Position numbers and translations under genes: made by a program. Source: Octopus vulgaris (taxonomy: Eukaryota). From it: DNA of 64,000 nt. The stretch covers positions 64,666,001-64,730,000 of the forward strand of contig OX597827.1 in NCBI GenBank assembly GCA_951406725.2, written 5' to 3'. How positions within the stretch are numbered: the first letter of the stretch is position 1; every line of letters starts with the position of its first letter. Of the stretch, positions 25,985 to 39,283 are shown in pieces. The notes under the pieces are model-generated. The model did no database searches. It was not told the DNA's origin and saw only the letters and a program-made list of their open reading frames with translations.

Positions 25985-26345
25985 CTCGAAATGTTTGGGG
26001 AGGGGGGGACAGTCAATTAAATCGACCACAATACGTAACTGGTACTGAATTTATCGACCCCGAAAGGATGAAAGGCAAAGTCGACCTCGGCGGAATTTGG
26101 ACTCAGAACTTAAAGACAGACGAAATACCTATTTCTTTACTACCCACAAGAGGCTAAACACAAGGGGACAAACAAGGACAGACAAACGGATTAAGTCGAT
26201 TACATCGACTCCGGTGCGTTACTGGTACTTAATTTATCGACCCCGAAAGGTTGAAAGGCAAAGTCGACCTCGGCAGAATTTGAACTCAGAACGTAGCGGC
26301 AGACGAATTACCGCTAAACATTTCGCCCCGTTCTGCTAGCCCGCC
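25985..26345 (-). mobile_element. SINE family A, dimeric body
   Basis: Reverse-complement match with the same junction as at 660. Confidence 0.85.
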
Positions 26346-26694
26346 ACCCCATAATTAGTAAATATTATATTTAAATAATATATTTAATATGTCTGTCATT
26401 CTGAAGTGCATTTGTTTTCGAGTAGACATGTGCTGAATTCATTTTAGAAACTGAAAAAAAAAAGTCCTTTCATGATTTTCTGAAAGGAAAGAATGAACTG
26501 CTTGAGCAATGAGTCCTTCTGCGTCATAACAATTGTCTATTTGATTAAGAATGTTTATCGTGGAAATTTTCGTCTGTGTGAAGTTGAGTTCTCGCAGCTA
26601 AATTCACACGTTTACTTCTCTTATGAAATATAGTTCTGTTTGTCTCCTGCTTAAAACACATTTTGAATTATATATGGTTTATATATATATCTTT

Positions 26695-27075
26695 TATTTT
26701 TTACTTGTTTCAGTCATTTTTGCGGGCGTGCTGCGGCACTGCTTTGAAAGGACATTTGTTAAGCCTAGTATTTCTTCATTCGTTGTCTTTTGTCGAACCA
26801 CTAAGTTACGGAACACAAACACAAGCCGTGATGGTGGACAAACACAAACACATAGACACTCACACACATACAGACAGACAGACACACAGACACAGAGACA
26901 CAGACACTAACACACACAGACAGGAATATGTATACGATAGGTTTGTTTCAGTTTCCGTCTACCAAATTTTGGTCGGCCAAAACTATAGTAGAAGACACTT
27001 ACGCAAGCTGTCATGTAGAGGTACTGAACCCGGAACCATGTGGTTAGGAAACAAGCTTCTTACCACACAGTCACA
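26695..27075 (-). mobile_element. SINE family B, degenerate
   Basis: Reverse-complement match. Confidence 0.7.
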
Positions 27076-27249
27076 ACGCTACATATTCAAACTGTGTGAT
27101 GCAAGCATTTCAGAGTGGTTATCTCCTCTTTACTAACAGAAACTTGACGGTGGCGCAGCGAGATGATAAGAGAGACAATCTCTCTTATGTTATTTCAGTC
27201 ATCGTACGTCGGCTGGTAGCGCTAAGCAGGTCGCAAAGCCACCGATAGG

Positions 27250-27570
27250 TTTCTGTTGTACCTGTATTTCAAAGGGCCATCCTAATCACACTCTGTGTCA
27301 CGCTGAATCTCCCCGAGAACTACGTTAAGGGTACACATGTCTGTGGAGTGCTCAGCCACTTGCACGTTAATAAATGAGCTGCGACGTCACTGGTGCCAGT
27401 CTGTATCGGCCTTTGCCTTTCCCTTGGATAACATCGGTGGCGTGGAGAGGGGAGGCTGGTATGCGTGGGCGACTGCTGGTCTTCCATAAACAACCCTGCC
27501 CAGACTTGTGCTTCGAAGGGTAACTTTCTAGGTGCAATCCTATGGTCATTCATGACCGATGAGGGTCACA
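27250..27570 (+). mobile_element. Adjacent SINE body fragments (family D 27250-27372; family E 27373-27570)
   Basis: D matches the reverse complement of 37365-37550 and 51715-51905; E matches 54720-54920. Confidence 0.75.
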
Positions 27571-27594
27571 ACAACATATATAATATAATAATAA

Positions 27595-27760
27595 AAACGA
27601 AGAAAAACACAAGTAAAAAAGCAACGCGAGGACGTGGTACATGCAAAGTATTAGATGACGCTCAGGGAAGGAAAGAAAGGGTGCTTTACGTTTCGAGCAA
27701 AGTTCTTTTTCAGAAACAAGAGACAGAGGAAAGTCCAAGAGAAAAGGAAGACGGAGAAAA
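27595..27760 (-). mobile_element. Penelope-LTR-like repeat with degenerate hammerhead (27683-27717)
   Basis: Minus strand GTTT-CTGAAAA-A-GAAC-TTT-GCTC-GAAA-CG-TA-AAGC; homologue of 5010-5190. Confidence 0.6.
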
Positions 27761-27840
27761 AAATTACCAACAATCCATTTGTAGTTACATTTTGGAATGC
27801 ACACATTTTGATATACATACATACATACATATATACATAC

Positions 27841-27873
<33 letters not shown>

Positions 27874-27924
27874 TGTATATATACGTATACATACATACAT
27901 ATATACATACATATATATATATTC

Positions 27925-28014
<90 letters not shown>

Positions 28015-28445
28015 ATATATAAAATTATGAATTTTAAATGTTCGTTTCTAGAGCGGGAATGTGGGTTGTATGTGTGTGTGAGGGAGTATGAATAAGTATT
28101 GTGTTGAAGTATTTGGCTATTTTATTTATTTATCGTTGACTAGACGTTTTTATGTGTATGTATAGGGATATATATATAGGTGTGTGATTTAGTGTATGTA
28201 TTTAGATATGGTTATATATAATTAGTTATATGTGTATGGGTGTATATATGGTTTATTTTTTGTTTTGTTTTATATTTAATTGTTGATAGGTTTATTTTAG
28301 TTTATATATTGTTTATATATTGATTATATATGGATTATATATAGGTTATATATAGATTATATATTTATATTTTTTCATTAATACTTTAATTATTTTAAAA
28401 TTATTATTTTTATATTTTAAAATATTGATATTTTAGATTGGAAGT

Positions 28446-28488
28446 CCACCTGAAGATTGTCGATCAGGACAAGAAACAATTGTAGTGG
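28446..28488 (+). ncRNA. Minimal type I hammerhead ribozyme
   Basis: CCAC-CTGAAGA-TTGTC-GATCAG-GACAA-GAAA-CAATTG-TA-GTGG: intact core, perfect stems I and II, palindromic stem III. Confidence 0.85.
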
Positions 28489-28782
28489 CGGTTTTTTTGA
28501 ATTTTTATTAAAATTTTATGTATTGATTAAGTCTTTCCTTGTTTGTTTTGCAAAATAGTGGTTTTGTCTCTAATAATATTATATATATATATATATATAT
28601 ATACTTAATCATATTGAAGGGAAATGGAAATTAATAGAAATTTTCACTCCCAGTGGCCTAGCGTGTAAAAATTTAGTCCAAAGACTATGTATTACTCATA
28701 AAATACAGTATACATTTAAACATATAAGGAATCCATTCGTGGGATTCAACACGCTAGAAAGAACAGCTAGGTTCTATAACCA

Positions 28783-29405
28783 CAGTACTTTGCTATTTTT
28801 TCTATATTTCTCATATTAATGTTTTCATCATTCGGGACTATAATGTCAATTATCTGGCACTTTCTATCCTCTTTATTTATTACTACCAAATCAGGACTTC
28901 TAGCTGCTCATCTGAATGTTAAAGTTCCGTAACATCTTGTATTTCTTACTTTCTAGTAATTTACAAGGTTCGTGTTCATACCATTTATCAGTGTGTTCAA
29001 ATCCTAGATTTCTACATAACTCCAAGTGGATTGCTCTCCATAGCTTTTCTTGTATTCTTTCTGTGCCAGAATGCTACATTCACTTACTATATGAGTAAAG
29101 CGTTCCTCTATTTACTTGCATAATATACATTGGGAATTTACTTGGCTTTTGTCCATCTTGGTTTTTATCCAATTAGTCCTTAATGCTTGATCTGGTACTG
29201 CTACTAGCAAACTTTCTGTCTTCCTGTTCAGCTTCCCTCTCTGCAGACATAAACATGTCTGACTACTACTATTTGCTGAAACTATCTTTGGGAATCTATC
29301 ATGCAACGCCTTCTCCCACCAGTCAGATAATTTGCTCTTTTTTTCTAGTTTTTAAGTTTGTTTGGTGTTTTGGTTTTCTTATGTCTTGCTGTGACTCTAG
29401 CAGGT
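28783..29405 (-). pseudogene. Dong/R4-clade non-LTR retrotransposon fragment (zinc knuckle plus REL endonuclease)
   Basis: Disrupted translation: G.LNRKTESLLVAVPDQALRTNWIK..CILCK..ETLTHIVSEC..KWYEHEP..RSPDLVVINKEDRKCQIIDIIVPNDENI..EKIAKY. Confidence 0.85.
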
Positions 29406-30359
29406 TTTAAGAAACTTTCCAGGTTTGATGATAGCAGTACCAGTTGACCATTAAGGTCGATGTAATCAACTAGCCTCATCCCCCAAAATTTCAGGCCTTG
29501 CGCCGATTGTAGAACAGATTAATATTATCATCGTCTCTCTCTCTCTTCTTATTGCCATTCGTCTAATCGCGTCCAAGTACGCTAAAGATTTAACTAAAAT
29601 ATTCAATGCTATTCACGTCGACGTTAAATGCCTTTTGGCATTCCGTTACACAATTCATTCAGTGTTAAAGTTATTGAAAAGCCAAAAAAAAAGTTCTTTT
29701 TTAAATAGATAAATTCAATTTCAACAACAAAATAGCTTATGAAATACCAATTTTCAGTGAAATATAAATACACTTAAGAGAGGAAATCGTAATTTTCAAA
29801 GAACGTTACACATTATACAATGAAACCGAATGTTTAATGATTTTTCGAAGAAATACGCTTTCTATTTAAGTCGCTATAACGATTTTCAATGAAATATTAG
29901 TAAAACAAAGAATGTAATGATTTTCATTGAAATAAATTTATCGTTGAAATCATTTGAAAAAAAATAAAAGGAGAAAAAACAAAACTAAAGCGATGTGTAT
30001 TTTCTTTTCATGGAAGCCATAATTTTTTTCACTGAAGCCATTAAAAGAAAAATTTCAATAAATTATGTTCATCGCGCTAATTCAATTGGGAAAATCTAAT
30101 TAAAAGGAACACACACATATTCAAACACACACACACACACACACACATACACAAACAGAAGCGCGCAAACACACATACGTACTCATACACAATAGTAACA
30201 ACAACAAAGCGAAGTAAAACAACACACAAAAAAGAACAGGACGAAGAAGCACAACTAGTAAATACAATTAATAATTTATTTATTGATTCTATTAATAATG
30301 TTTACTGCAAGAATAAAGGTGCGTATACACACACGTGTGATATATATGCATATATACAA

Positions 30360-30410
<51 letters not shown>

Positions 30411-30784
30411 CACACACATATATATATATATATAAAGATACAAACATACATAAATAAATAGATGCACACACACATAGTACACATAGGTATATGTACAGAC
30501 AAGAACGAGCATATATATAAATAAACCATTAAACAAATCCATTACATACTTATATGCTATAATTAAGCCGCATTTAATGTCAGTTTATGATTTTTAAGAA
30601 CAATATGTATGTATGGTGTGTTTATTAAATGCATGGAAGTACGAACATGCGTACATAAACAGTTACGGAACCACATACAGGAACAGCACGCTCGCACGCA
30701 CACATGCACAAGCGCGCACACACATCCATACATACTCACACGCACAAATACACACACTCATATATATGGTATGTTAGTGTATAC

Positions 30785-30818
<34 letters not shown>

Positions 30819-30836
30819 TTCAGAGATTTATTATTG

Positions 30837-30884
<48 letters not shown>

Positions 30885-30965
30885 GCGAGAGTAAGCATAT
30901 AAATGTGAAACAAGGTGGAAAGAACAGTACTCTACTACCGGGGATAGAGTAATATGCTTTAAGTT

Positions 30966-31003
30966 TTGTCTGACGAACAGGAACGTGAAACATTGAGTAA
31001 CAG
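30966..31003 (+). ncRNA. Minimal hammerhead-like motif
   Basis: TTGT-CTGACGA-AC-AGGAAC-GT-GAAA-CATTGAG-TA-ACAG: intact core, weak 2-bp stem II. Confidence 0.5.
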
Positions 31004-31035
31004 CTTTTGTGATGTTTATGTAGCATTATTCATAA

Positions 31036-31094
<59 letters not shown>

Positions 31095-31097
31095 ATG

Positions 31098-31460
31098 TAT
31101 TACGGAGATGTACTCGCATAGCAAGTGATTTGATCTGAGATCGTGTGCTGAAACGAAAACGATTGCAGCGTGGAAGGTGTTTGTCAGCCATTTAAGAAAC
31201 ACACAAAAGCAGTTCGATTCACGACCTGTTCACTGACAAAAGTCCGTGACGCATCTGATGCATCACGGATTTTTGTCAGTGAACAGGCCGCGGTCTTAAA
31301 GCGACGAAAATATTTTGAATTAAACTTAAATGTTGAAGTGAATCGAACTGCTTTTGTGTGTTTCTTAAATGGCTTAACAAACACCTTCCACGTTGCAATC
31401 GTTTTCGTTTCAGCACACGATCTCAAATCAAATCACTTGCTATGCGAGTACATCTCCGTA

Positions 31461-31463
<3 letters not shown>
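31098..31463. mobile_element. MITE with TIRs of about 125 bp and a nested internal hairpin
   Basis: Arms 31098-31222 and 31338-31463 are near-perfect reverse complements with TA at the ends; inner hairpin at 31225-31287. Confidence 0.9.
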
Positions 31464-31538
<75 letters not shown>

Positions 31539-31559
31539 CACAGGCCTATTCTCCATTTT

Positions 31560-32005
31560 TTAGGAGGATGTAGCCACAAGACACACACCACGAATTCCAT
31601 TCATTTCCCAGCTCAAAGACGCGAGCCCCGTTCCATGCTCGGGTCAAGGCATAGAACGCAGCGCGTCCCGACAGAAAATGCTGGTTTACCCCCGCCTCAT
31701 CATGCTGGTTCCGTACTACTTTGAGCAACATCTAATTTATCCGTCCACAAACACTCTCCAAGCTTTCCCATCATTTATAAACTCTCTTGCCTCTCTCACT
31801 CCAACATCCCTCTCCATCAAACCTTCCTCACTCCATTCATCCACACAAACCAAGGTCTGCCTCTGGTTCTCCCATACTTCCTCACACCTCATACCTCATC
31901 CTGTTCATCCGTGTCACTCTAACCATAGCTCTCAGACATCTCATATCAAACACATCTAGTCGCCTCCTTTCCGCCTTTCTTAGCCGCCACGTCTCTGCAC
32001 CAAAT
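31560..32005 (-). pseudogene. RTE-clade LINE 3' fragment, internally deleted
   Basis: FGAETWRLRKAERRRLDVFDMRCLRAMVRVTRMNRMR ... KAWRVFVDG, typical of the RTE post-RT region. Confidence 0.8.
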
Positions 32006-32087
32006 TGTACTGATGATCGTTAGACTCTGGTTTCGATTTTTGGATCCAGCGATTCGTTGTGTTCTTGCACAAAACACTTACTTTCAC

Positions 32088-32170
32088 ATTATTTACATCA
32101 TTTACATTTGACGGATATCTTGTTTGTTAGCACAACATTTCAACTGATGTACCCTCCAGCCTTCATCAGT
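32088..32170 (-). mobile_element. Family H 3' fragment with hammerhead core
   Basis: Minus strand CTGATGA-A-GGCTG-GAGGGTACAT-CAGTT-GAAA-TG-TT-GTGC. Confidence 0.7.
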
Positions 32171-32703
32171 TCACTCAGCTAGGAAAAAAGAGAAATCCAG
32201 CGACGGACCGGCTTCCCGTCCCATTAAATCGGTCTAATGAGTCTATGCTATAAAGGCTCTTTCATGATTTCGATACACACACATACACATACAATCGCTC
32301 TTCCCACCACCACATATATAAAGTTAACGTTCTATTTCTTGGCAGCATTGGATATAAGAACAAGGATTAGCGATGGGCCGAGGTTTTAGCTAAATAATAT
32401 GCGCGCCAAACGTCTACAAGAATACAAACAGACACACACTCAGACGCAGACACACACTCACTCACACACGGACACACGCACAGACATATGTATTTATATA
32501 TTCATATTATTTTTTGTTTCCCCTTTATTCCATCAGTTCCCTAACAAACACATCTGGTGACTGTTGACGCACCTAATAATAACGGTTCTGTCTTCAGGCG
32601 TCAAAACTGCAAAGATTCCGTGATGGACTGTCTACAGAGTATATATTTTCTTTGTTCTCTCTGTTATGTTTTCTTTCTTACGCAAGCATACGCACTCTCT
32701 CTA

Positions 32704-32739
<36 letters not shown>

Positions 32740-33320
32740 TATAGTGTATATTTGTTTATGTATATTAGCAAATAAAAAATGAAAGAAGTTAACAGACACC
32801 TGTGTTGAAGTGGGTAGAGCTTGTACTTACTGTTAGTCGAGTAAATCAAATTATTGCCACATACTAAAAGTTTTCGTGCGGTAGACACCAGTTTGCTGTA
32901 TTCACTGGTCGAAAATAATCTTTGAGATTCACAGTGGTGAAGTAACGATTAAACGTCAACGGCACAAATGTTTTAGCTTCAAGGAATCAATCGGATGTAC
33001 AAACACAGATACATACACACAGATACGTATAGGCACACGCACACAAATATATACATACTAACACACACATGTGTGTGACTTATGACTATATATATATACA
33101 TGTGTGTGTGTGGTGTGTGCATTGTTGACGTCATTAGAGTTTTATATATTCTTTCTTGAAGTTGTGACTGTCGTGGCACATCACAGAAATGTATAAATCA
33201 TACCATGAAAATCCTGTGGTAAAAAGACCCTTTTAGATGAAAAAAATGTCACACGGGTAGTCGTCGACTCCATAGCTCTTTCAACTCAATAATTATATGC
33301 TATTATTTATATTCAAAATG

Positions 33321-33375
<55 letters not shown>

Positions 33376-33406
33376 CAAAATAAGCAACAAGAATGACTCC
33401 GGTAAT

Positions 33407-33492
33407 TTGGTACGATCGTTTCGTACTACATCATTTTATTAAATATTGTAAGTATTACAACAGTTTTAAAATGCTGAGCACTCATCAGCCAA
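33407..33492 (-). ncRNA. Type I hammerhead ribozyme with extended stem II
   Basis: Minus strand TTGG-CTGATGA-GTGCT-(about 50 nt AU-rich hairpin)-AGTAC-GAAA-CGATCG-TA-CCAA. Confidence 0.85.
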
Positions 33493-33706
33493 TTATAGAG
33501 GTTTTCCATTAATACAAAAATTTTCATATCAAGTGGCAGCATTATAGAGAAGGTAGATACATAGACAAAGATGTGGATTTAAATTTTAAGAACATTTGAG
33601 TTAGTTGAGCCCATCAACTGCCTGACACGGATTTTTATGGATAACACCATACAGAATTCTGGTGCATCTAAATTCCACATTCATTTGAATCTAAATTTTT
33701 GCTGAA

Positions 33707-33746
<40 letters not shown>

Positions 33747-33984
33747 TAAAACAGCTGAACACGTGTTTCGTTTCTTGGAATCGTCATCAACAAATTATAT
33801 CTTCCCCTAGCCACAAATGTATTGCTTATGAAACCATTACGCCCGCCATATTATGGCAACGAAGTGGAACATTAACATTCTTGACACATCAGAAATTTAA
33901 CTGATTTCTTTTGGTCATCTAGGTTCACGTATGTATATATCTCTTACACACACATATGAACGTGCACGTACATGTGCGACTCTG

Positions 33985-34110
33985 CCAGTTTCTGTCAACT
34001 AAATTTACTCACAAATCATTGGTTTTCCAGGGGCTATTTTAGCAGACAATCATGTAGAGTGCTACGTAGTGGGGTGGAACTCAGAACCGCATGGCTGAAA
34101 AGCTACGCCT
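33985..34110 (-). mobile_element. Old SINE family B 5' fragment
   Basis: Diverged reverse-complement match. Confidence 0.5.
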
Positions 34111-34726
34111 TGCGCAAAAAAAAAAAAAAATACCAGTAAAACGTTCAAACATAAGGTTTACAAAATATTTGAGGGATAATGCATATATTAAAATTTAATC
34201 AATATTGAAGAATTCAGAATGAATTTAAGAATATATGAAGAAATACAGAAAATAAAATAAAATAATAATACTAAAGAAAAAAAAAAGAGAAAAAATTAGA
34301 GAAAAATGAAATTTTTCAATGAAATCAATAACAAAGATACTAGACAAGTATAAAATAAAAAACAAAAAATCAAACAGAAATATCGGAAATCAGAGAACGC
34401 CTGATTCAAGAGATCCTAACAAGAATCGCAAAAGCGACTACGATTTATAGATGTATAAACAAAACACAAGACGATTTTATTAAAAAAAACTAGGTCACAA
34501 TAAAGTGGAAATCAATACAATACCAAGAGAAAGAGATGTAGAGAGAGAAAACCTGGGGAAGAGCATGGGTTAGTGAAGGAATCCTTATGGACAAGTCTGT
34601 CCAAAATAAGAAGCACGTCCATCTGACTATTTCCGGACACCTTTCGCATATTGGGCAGTATAAGATGGAAAGCATTTCGCCCGGCTTGCTAATATAGTAA
34701 TAATAATAATAATAATGATGATGATA

Positions 34727-34820
<94 letters not shown>

Positions 34821-34821
<1 letters not shown>

Positions 34822-34928
34822 CAAATATATGGCACACTAGGCATACCAACAACAACCTGTTGTCTCTTGAGGTCTCTGGGTGAGACTTGGAGCCAACTTG
34901 TACAAATATAAAGCAAAAGTCAAACATA

Positions 34929-34930
<2 letters not shown>
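34821..34930 (+). mobile_element. Short non-LTR 3'-end-like fragment in an (AAT)n array
   Basis: 110-bp block flanked by (AAT)n on both sides, ending CAAACATAGAATAATAAT. Confidence 0.45.
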
Positions 34931-35023
<93 letters not shown>

Positions 35024-35136
35024 GTGATGGTGATGATGATGATGATGATGATGATAATAATAATAATAATAATAATCATAATAATAATAATAATAATAAT
35101 AATAATTATAATAATCATAATAATAATAATATCTTT

Positions 35137-35617
35137 TGTATATTGTTTTGTCTTGGTATAAATGATGGGCTATAGCAAATATTCTGCTCAATACCACAGA
35201 TTTGCTTGTCAGTTGTTTGACCTTAAACAGTTGAGTATGTCCCTCAGTGGTTGACGATACGTGCATCTCTGATCATGAGCAGAAGTAGTGGGGGAGTATC
35301 ATAGCCATGTGTCGAGAGGAATTCTTTGGGGTTTGGATAATTCACCCTTGGAAACATGCATGGGTGTTTCGTTCATCATCCTTAAACAAATCTTATTCAG
35401 GGATGGGTTACTCGACCTGAAGAAAATTCTAACTGAGCCCCCGCCTGCAAGGTCATGTGCTGTTTATCTTGAAATGAGATCACCATGTCGCGCACATATT
35501 GTTGTGATGCATGTGCCTGGTGTACCCTTATCAGACAGGTAGTCATGATGGGTATACTGGGCTTCGTATATTTTACCCCACTGCCACTTTGATGGCATGC
35601 ACTGCTCTCTCTCACTC

Positions 35618-35619
<2 letters not shown>
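35137..35619 (+). mobile_element. Family F element, 5'-truncated
   Basis: Matches 60130-60620; followed by (AAC)n(AAT)n. Confidence 0.85.
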
Positions 35620-35695
<76 letters not shown>

Positions 35696-35829
35696 TTATT
35701 TATTTATTTATTAATTTTTAAATACATATTTTGTCTGAATTTGCGCGTGTAATCTGGGAACGCATACAATGAGCTTCTCTGCCCTAGGCAGAGAAACGGA
35801 AGAAAATTTGAAGAAAGGAGGAAAAAACA

Positions 35830-35847
35830 ATAATAATAATAATAATG

Positions 35848-35889
<42 letters not shown>

Positions 35890-36239
35890 TAATTATAATA
35901 ATAATAATAATAAAATAATTATAATAATAGCAAGTAGTCGTAGCAGTAATAGTAGTAGTAGTAGTAGAAGAAGAAGAAGAAGAAGAAGAAGAAGAAGAAG
36001 AAGAAGAAGAAGAAGAAGAAGAAGAAGAAGAAGAAGAAGATGAAGAAAAAGGACAAGAAGCAGAAGAAGAAGAAGAAGGAGGAGGAGGAGAAGAAGAAGA
36101 AGAAGAAGACGAAGACGAAGAAGAAGAAGAAGAAGAAGAAGAAGAAGAAGAAGAAGAAGAAGAAGAAGAAGAAGAAGAAGAAGAAGAAAAAGGACAAGAA
36201 GCAGAAGAAGAAGAAGAAGAAGAAGAAGGAGGAGAAGAA

Positions 36240-36286
<47 letters not shown>

Positions 36287-36340
36287 AGAATAAGAATAAT
36301 AATAATAATAATAAGAAGAAGAAGAAAGGAAACGAGAAAT
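35830..36340. repeat. (AAT)n/(TAG)n/(GAA)n microsatellite field
   Basis: Directly visible. Confidence 0.95.
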
Positions 36341-36986
36341 AAGAAATGAAAGCGGGAGAAAAAAAGACAGGTAAAAGATACTAATGTCGAGTACAATAGT
36401 AAGTTAGAAATACCAATATAAATACAGTGAGGTTAGTAGTTGTAGCTTTTGTTCGTATGTTAGAAATGCAACGTGAAAGAAGGACTGCAGAAGACCGTAA
36501 TATATATATTGAAGGATAAATATAATTCTATAGTTGAGCTGAGAGTGAATGTGTGGCAGAGATGAAGAAGACGTCGAACGACTTGGTTAAGACGAAATGT
36601 TAAAAGGTTAAAAGGTGAAAAAACTTTAAAGGATTTAAGAGATAATAGGCTAAATGAAGTAGTGGGTATGAGAGGAGAGGTCAGGAAAGTCAGGTCGGTC
36701 GTGTAAGGTGCTTGGTATAAATCAGAGATTGTGTGATTGTGTGAGTGAGCGAAGGAGGGAGGGAGGAACGGTGTCGGGGCATTTTTTGTTATTTACAGAG
36801 AAAGTAAATGATGAAATAGAAAGATGCCAAAAATGAAGAGGCGCTATCTATCTAGCTATCTATCTGTCTGTCTATCAGTCTGTCTGTCTGTGTGTCTGTG
36901 TCTGTCTGAATATATGAATGTATACACACATACATACATACATACATACATACATACACATGTATGTTTGCCTATATAATATCTAC

Positions 36987-37045
<59 letters not shown>

Positions 37046-37046
<1 letters not shown>

Positions 37047-37335
37047 TGCCTGTTCCTTCTCGAACCACACCTGGCCCATAAGGGCCGGTTTCCCGGTTTG
37101 CTGGTTGCCTTGGAATATAGGTTCCCCACCTGGACGGGACGCCGGTCCTTCGCAGGCGAGCTGCAAGATGCAGGAGGAAAGAGTGAGAGAAAGTTGTGGC
37201 GAAAGAGTCAGCAGAAGTTCGCCATTACCTTCTGTCAGAGCCGCGTGGAGCTTAGGAGTTTCGCTCACAAACACACACACATCGCCCGGTCTGAGAACCC
37301 GCGATCCTTCGACCACTAGGCCATGCGCCTCCACC
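37046..37335 (-). mobile_element. SINE family C
   Basis: Reverse complement of 14483-14784 with a head deletion. Confidence 0.85.
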
Positions 37336-37364
37336 ACGTATATATGTATATACATACACACACT

Positions 37365-37630
37365 TCTGGCACTCCGTCGATTGAGAAGACGAGGGTCCCA
37401 ACTGATCCAATCAACGGAACAGCCCGCTCGTGAAATTAACGTGCAGGTGGCTGCGCACTCCACGGACACATATAGCCTTGACGTAGTTCTCGGGGAGATT
37501 CAGCGTGAAACATAGTGTTAGAAGGCTGATCCTTTGAAACACAGGTACTACTCATTTTTAACAGCTGAATGGGCTAAAGCACCGTGAAATAAAGTGTCTT
37601 GCTCAAGGACACAATGCATTGCGGAAACTA
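37365..37630 (-). mobile_element. SINE family D
   Basis: Minus strand GTGTCCTTGAGCAAGACACTT core followed by the family D body. Confidence 0.8.
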
Positions 37631-38490
37631 AAATCATGCCCTCAAGTGTCATAACTTATGATATATTAATTAAATACTTTATGCAATATGTTTCTTATAA
37701 GCAGAAAATAATTAAGATCTGGAAGAATTTCATGGAATGTGTAAGTTCCTTTACATACGAAGAAAATATGAAATATTTACCATAGGTTATCTTGATGTTT
37801 AAGCAACTAACCACTTCTTCAGCTGCTGTTGAACTAGAGACCGCTCGTCATTTAAACACACACATGTATAATAGAAGACATCGCCATTGATTAGAATATA
37901 AATCGACTTAGAACGTAGAAAAGAACGAAGCGGTGCCGTAACAATCTATATCGCCGACAAATATGATCTACGTTAGAAAGGTAGTAAAAATTAGTTTCAA
38001 TTTGCTCTATTTGGGGAATGCAAGTTGTAACGCTGAAAAGCATATCAGAAAATATATAAGAGAATCGTTGCAATGAAGAATACACTTCAAATTTTGGAAA
38101 GCCGAAGCAGCGAAGCCCAGTGAGTAAAATGCTATTTTCCTTTCTACTGGAATATTTCTTTGATTAAAATATGCACTAAAATTTATTCAAGGAAACCTTT
38201 ACTCCTTATTGAAATAATTTCTATAATTTCTATATGGAAACTTTCCACTAAAATGTGATTCTTTTCATGAACCTAGTCAGTAGAGATTTAAATTTCTAAG
38301 CAAGATATTTAATCATGGAACGTGCTAAACGTCGCAGATTATAGACGGTGCTATGAGTTTAAATCTATATGAAATATCCTTAATAACATACACTTCAGGA
38401 ACTTTCGCACTGAAAAAAAATGATTTATTTGTATATACATATACATGTGTGTATGTATACACATATGAATATATATATGCAAACATACGT

Positions 38491-38546
<56 letters not shown>

Positions 38547-38834
38547 GTACGTATAAATATATACATATGTATAATTATGCATATACATACATACATGCGT
38601 GTGTGTGTGTGTTTGCGCGCGTGATTGTGGATGTATCCAATCACAGTTTTGTTATTAAAAAAAAATGATTATCATACTTTATCTCAGTTTGTTTTATATT
38701 CCAATTTCTGATATGTTATGAAAATATTTTTACTTTCTCCTCTTTCTCTCAAATCCTTCCTTCTCTCGTTTTCGACCAAACATTCGTTCTTTCTTCCTTT
38801 CTTTTTCTTTCTTTCTTTTTCTCTTTCTTTCTTG

Positions 38835-38880
<46 letters not shown>

Positions 38881-39015
38881 CACCAACCGTACTTAGCCAC
38901 CGCTAGATTTTTTTTGTGATTTGTTCTTTATTGTCTGACAGTGAATGTGGGCGGTTAAGACAACACGCACACACATACACACACACATATATCTATATAT
39001 AAATACATACATACA

Positions 39016-39051
<36 letters not shown>

Positions 39052-39058
39052 TCGGCTT

Positions 39059-39100
<42 letters not shown>

Positions 39101-39128
39101 GTTTATATATTTGTTGTGCAAGATTTTT

Positions 39129-39166
<38 letters not shown>

Positions 39167-39214
39167 CTATATATACACATATATATATATATATGTATAT
39201 ATATATATGTATAC

Positions 39215-39283
<69 letters not shown>

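Noticed and set aside
31170-31724. Mirror ORFs on both strands sharing peptide sequence
   Set aside because: A consequence of the MITE palindrome
34110-34460. Possible decayed ORF end (EIRERLIQEILTRIAKATTIYRCI)
   Set aside because: Too short and disrupted to assign to any family
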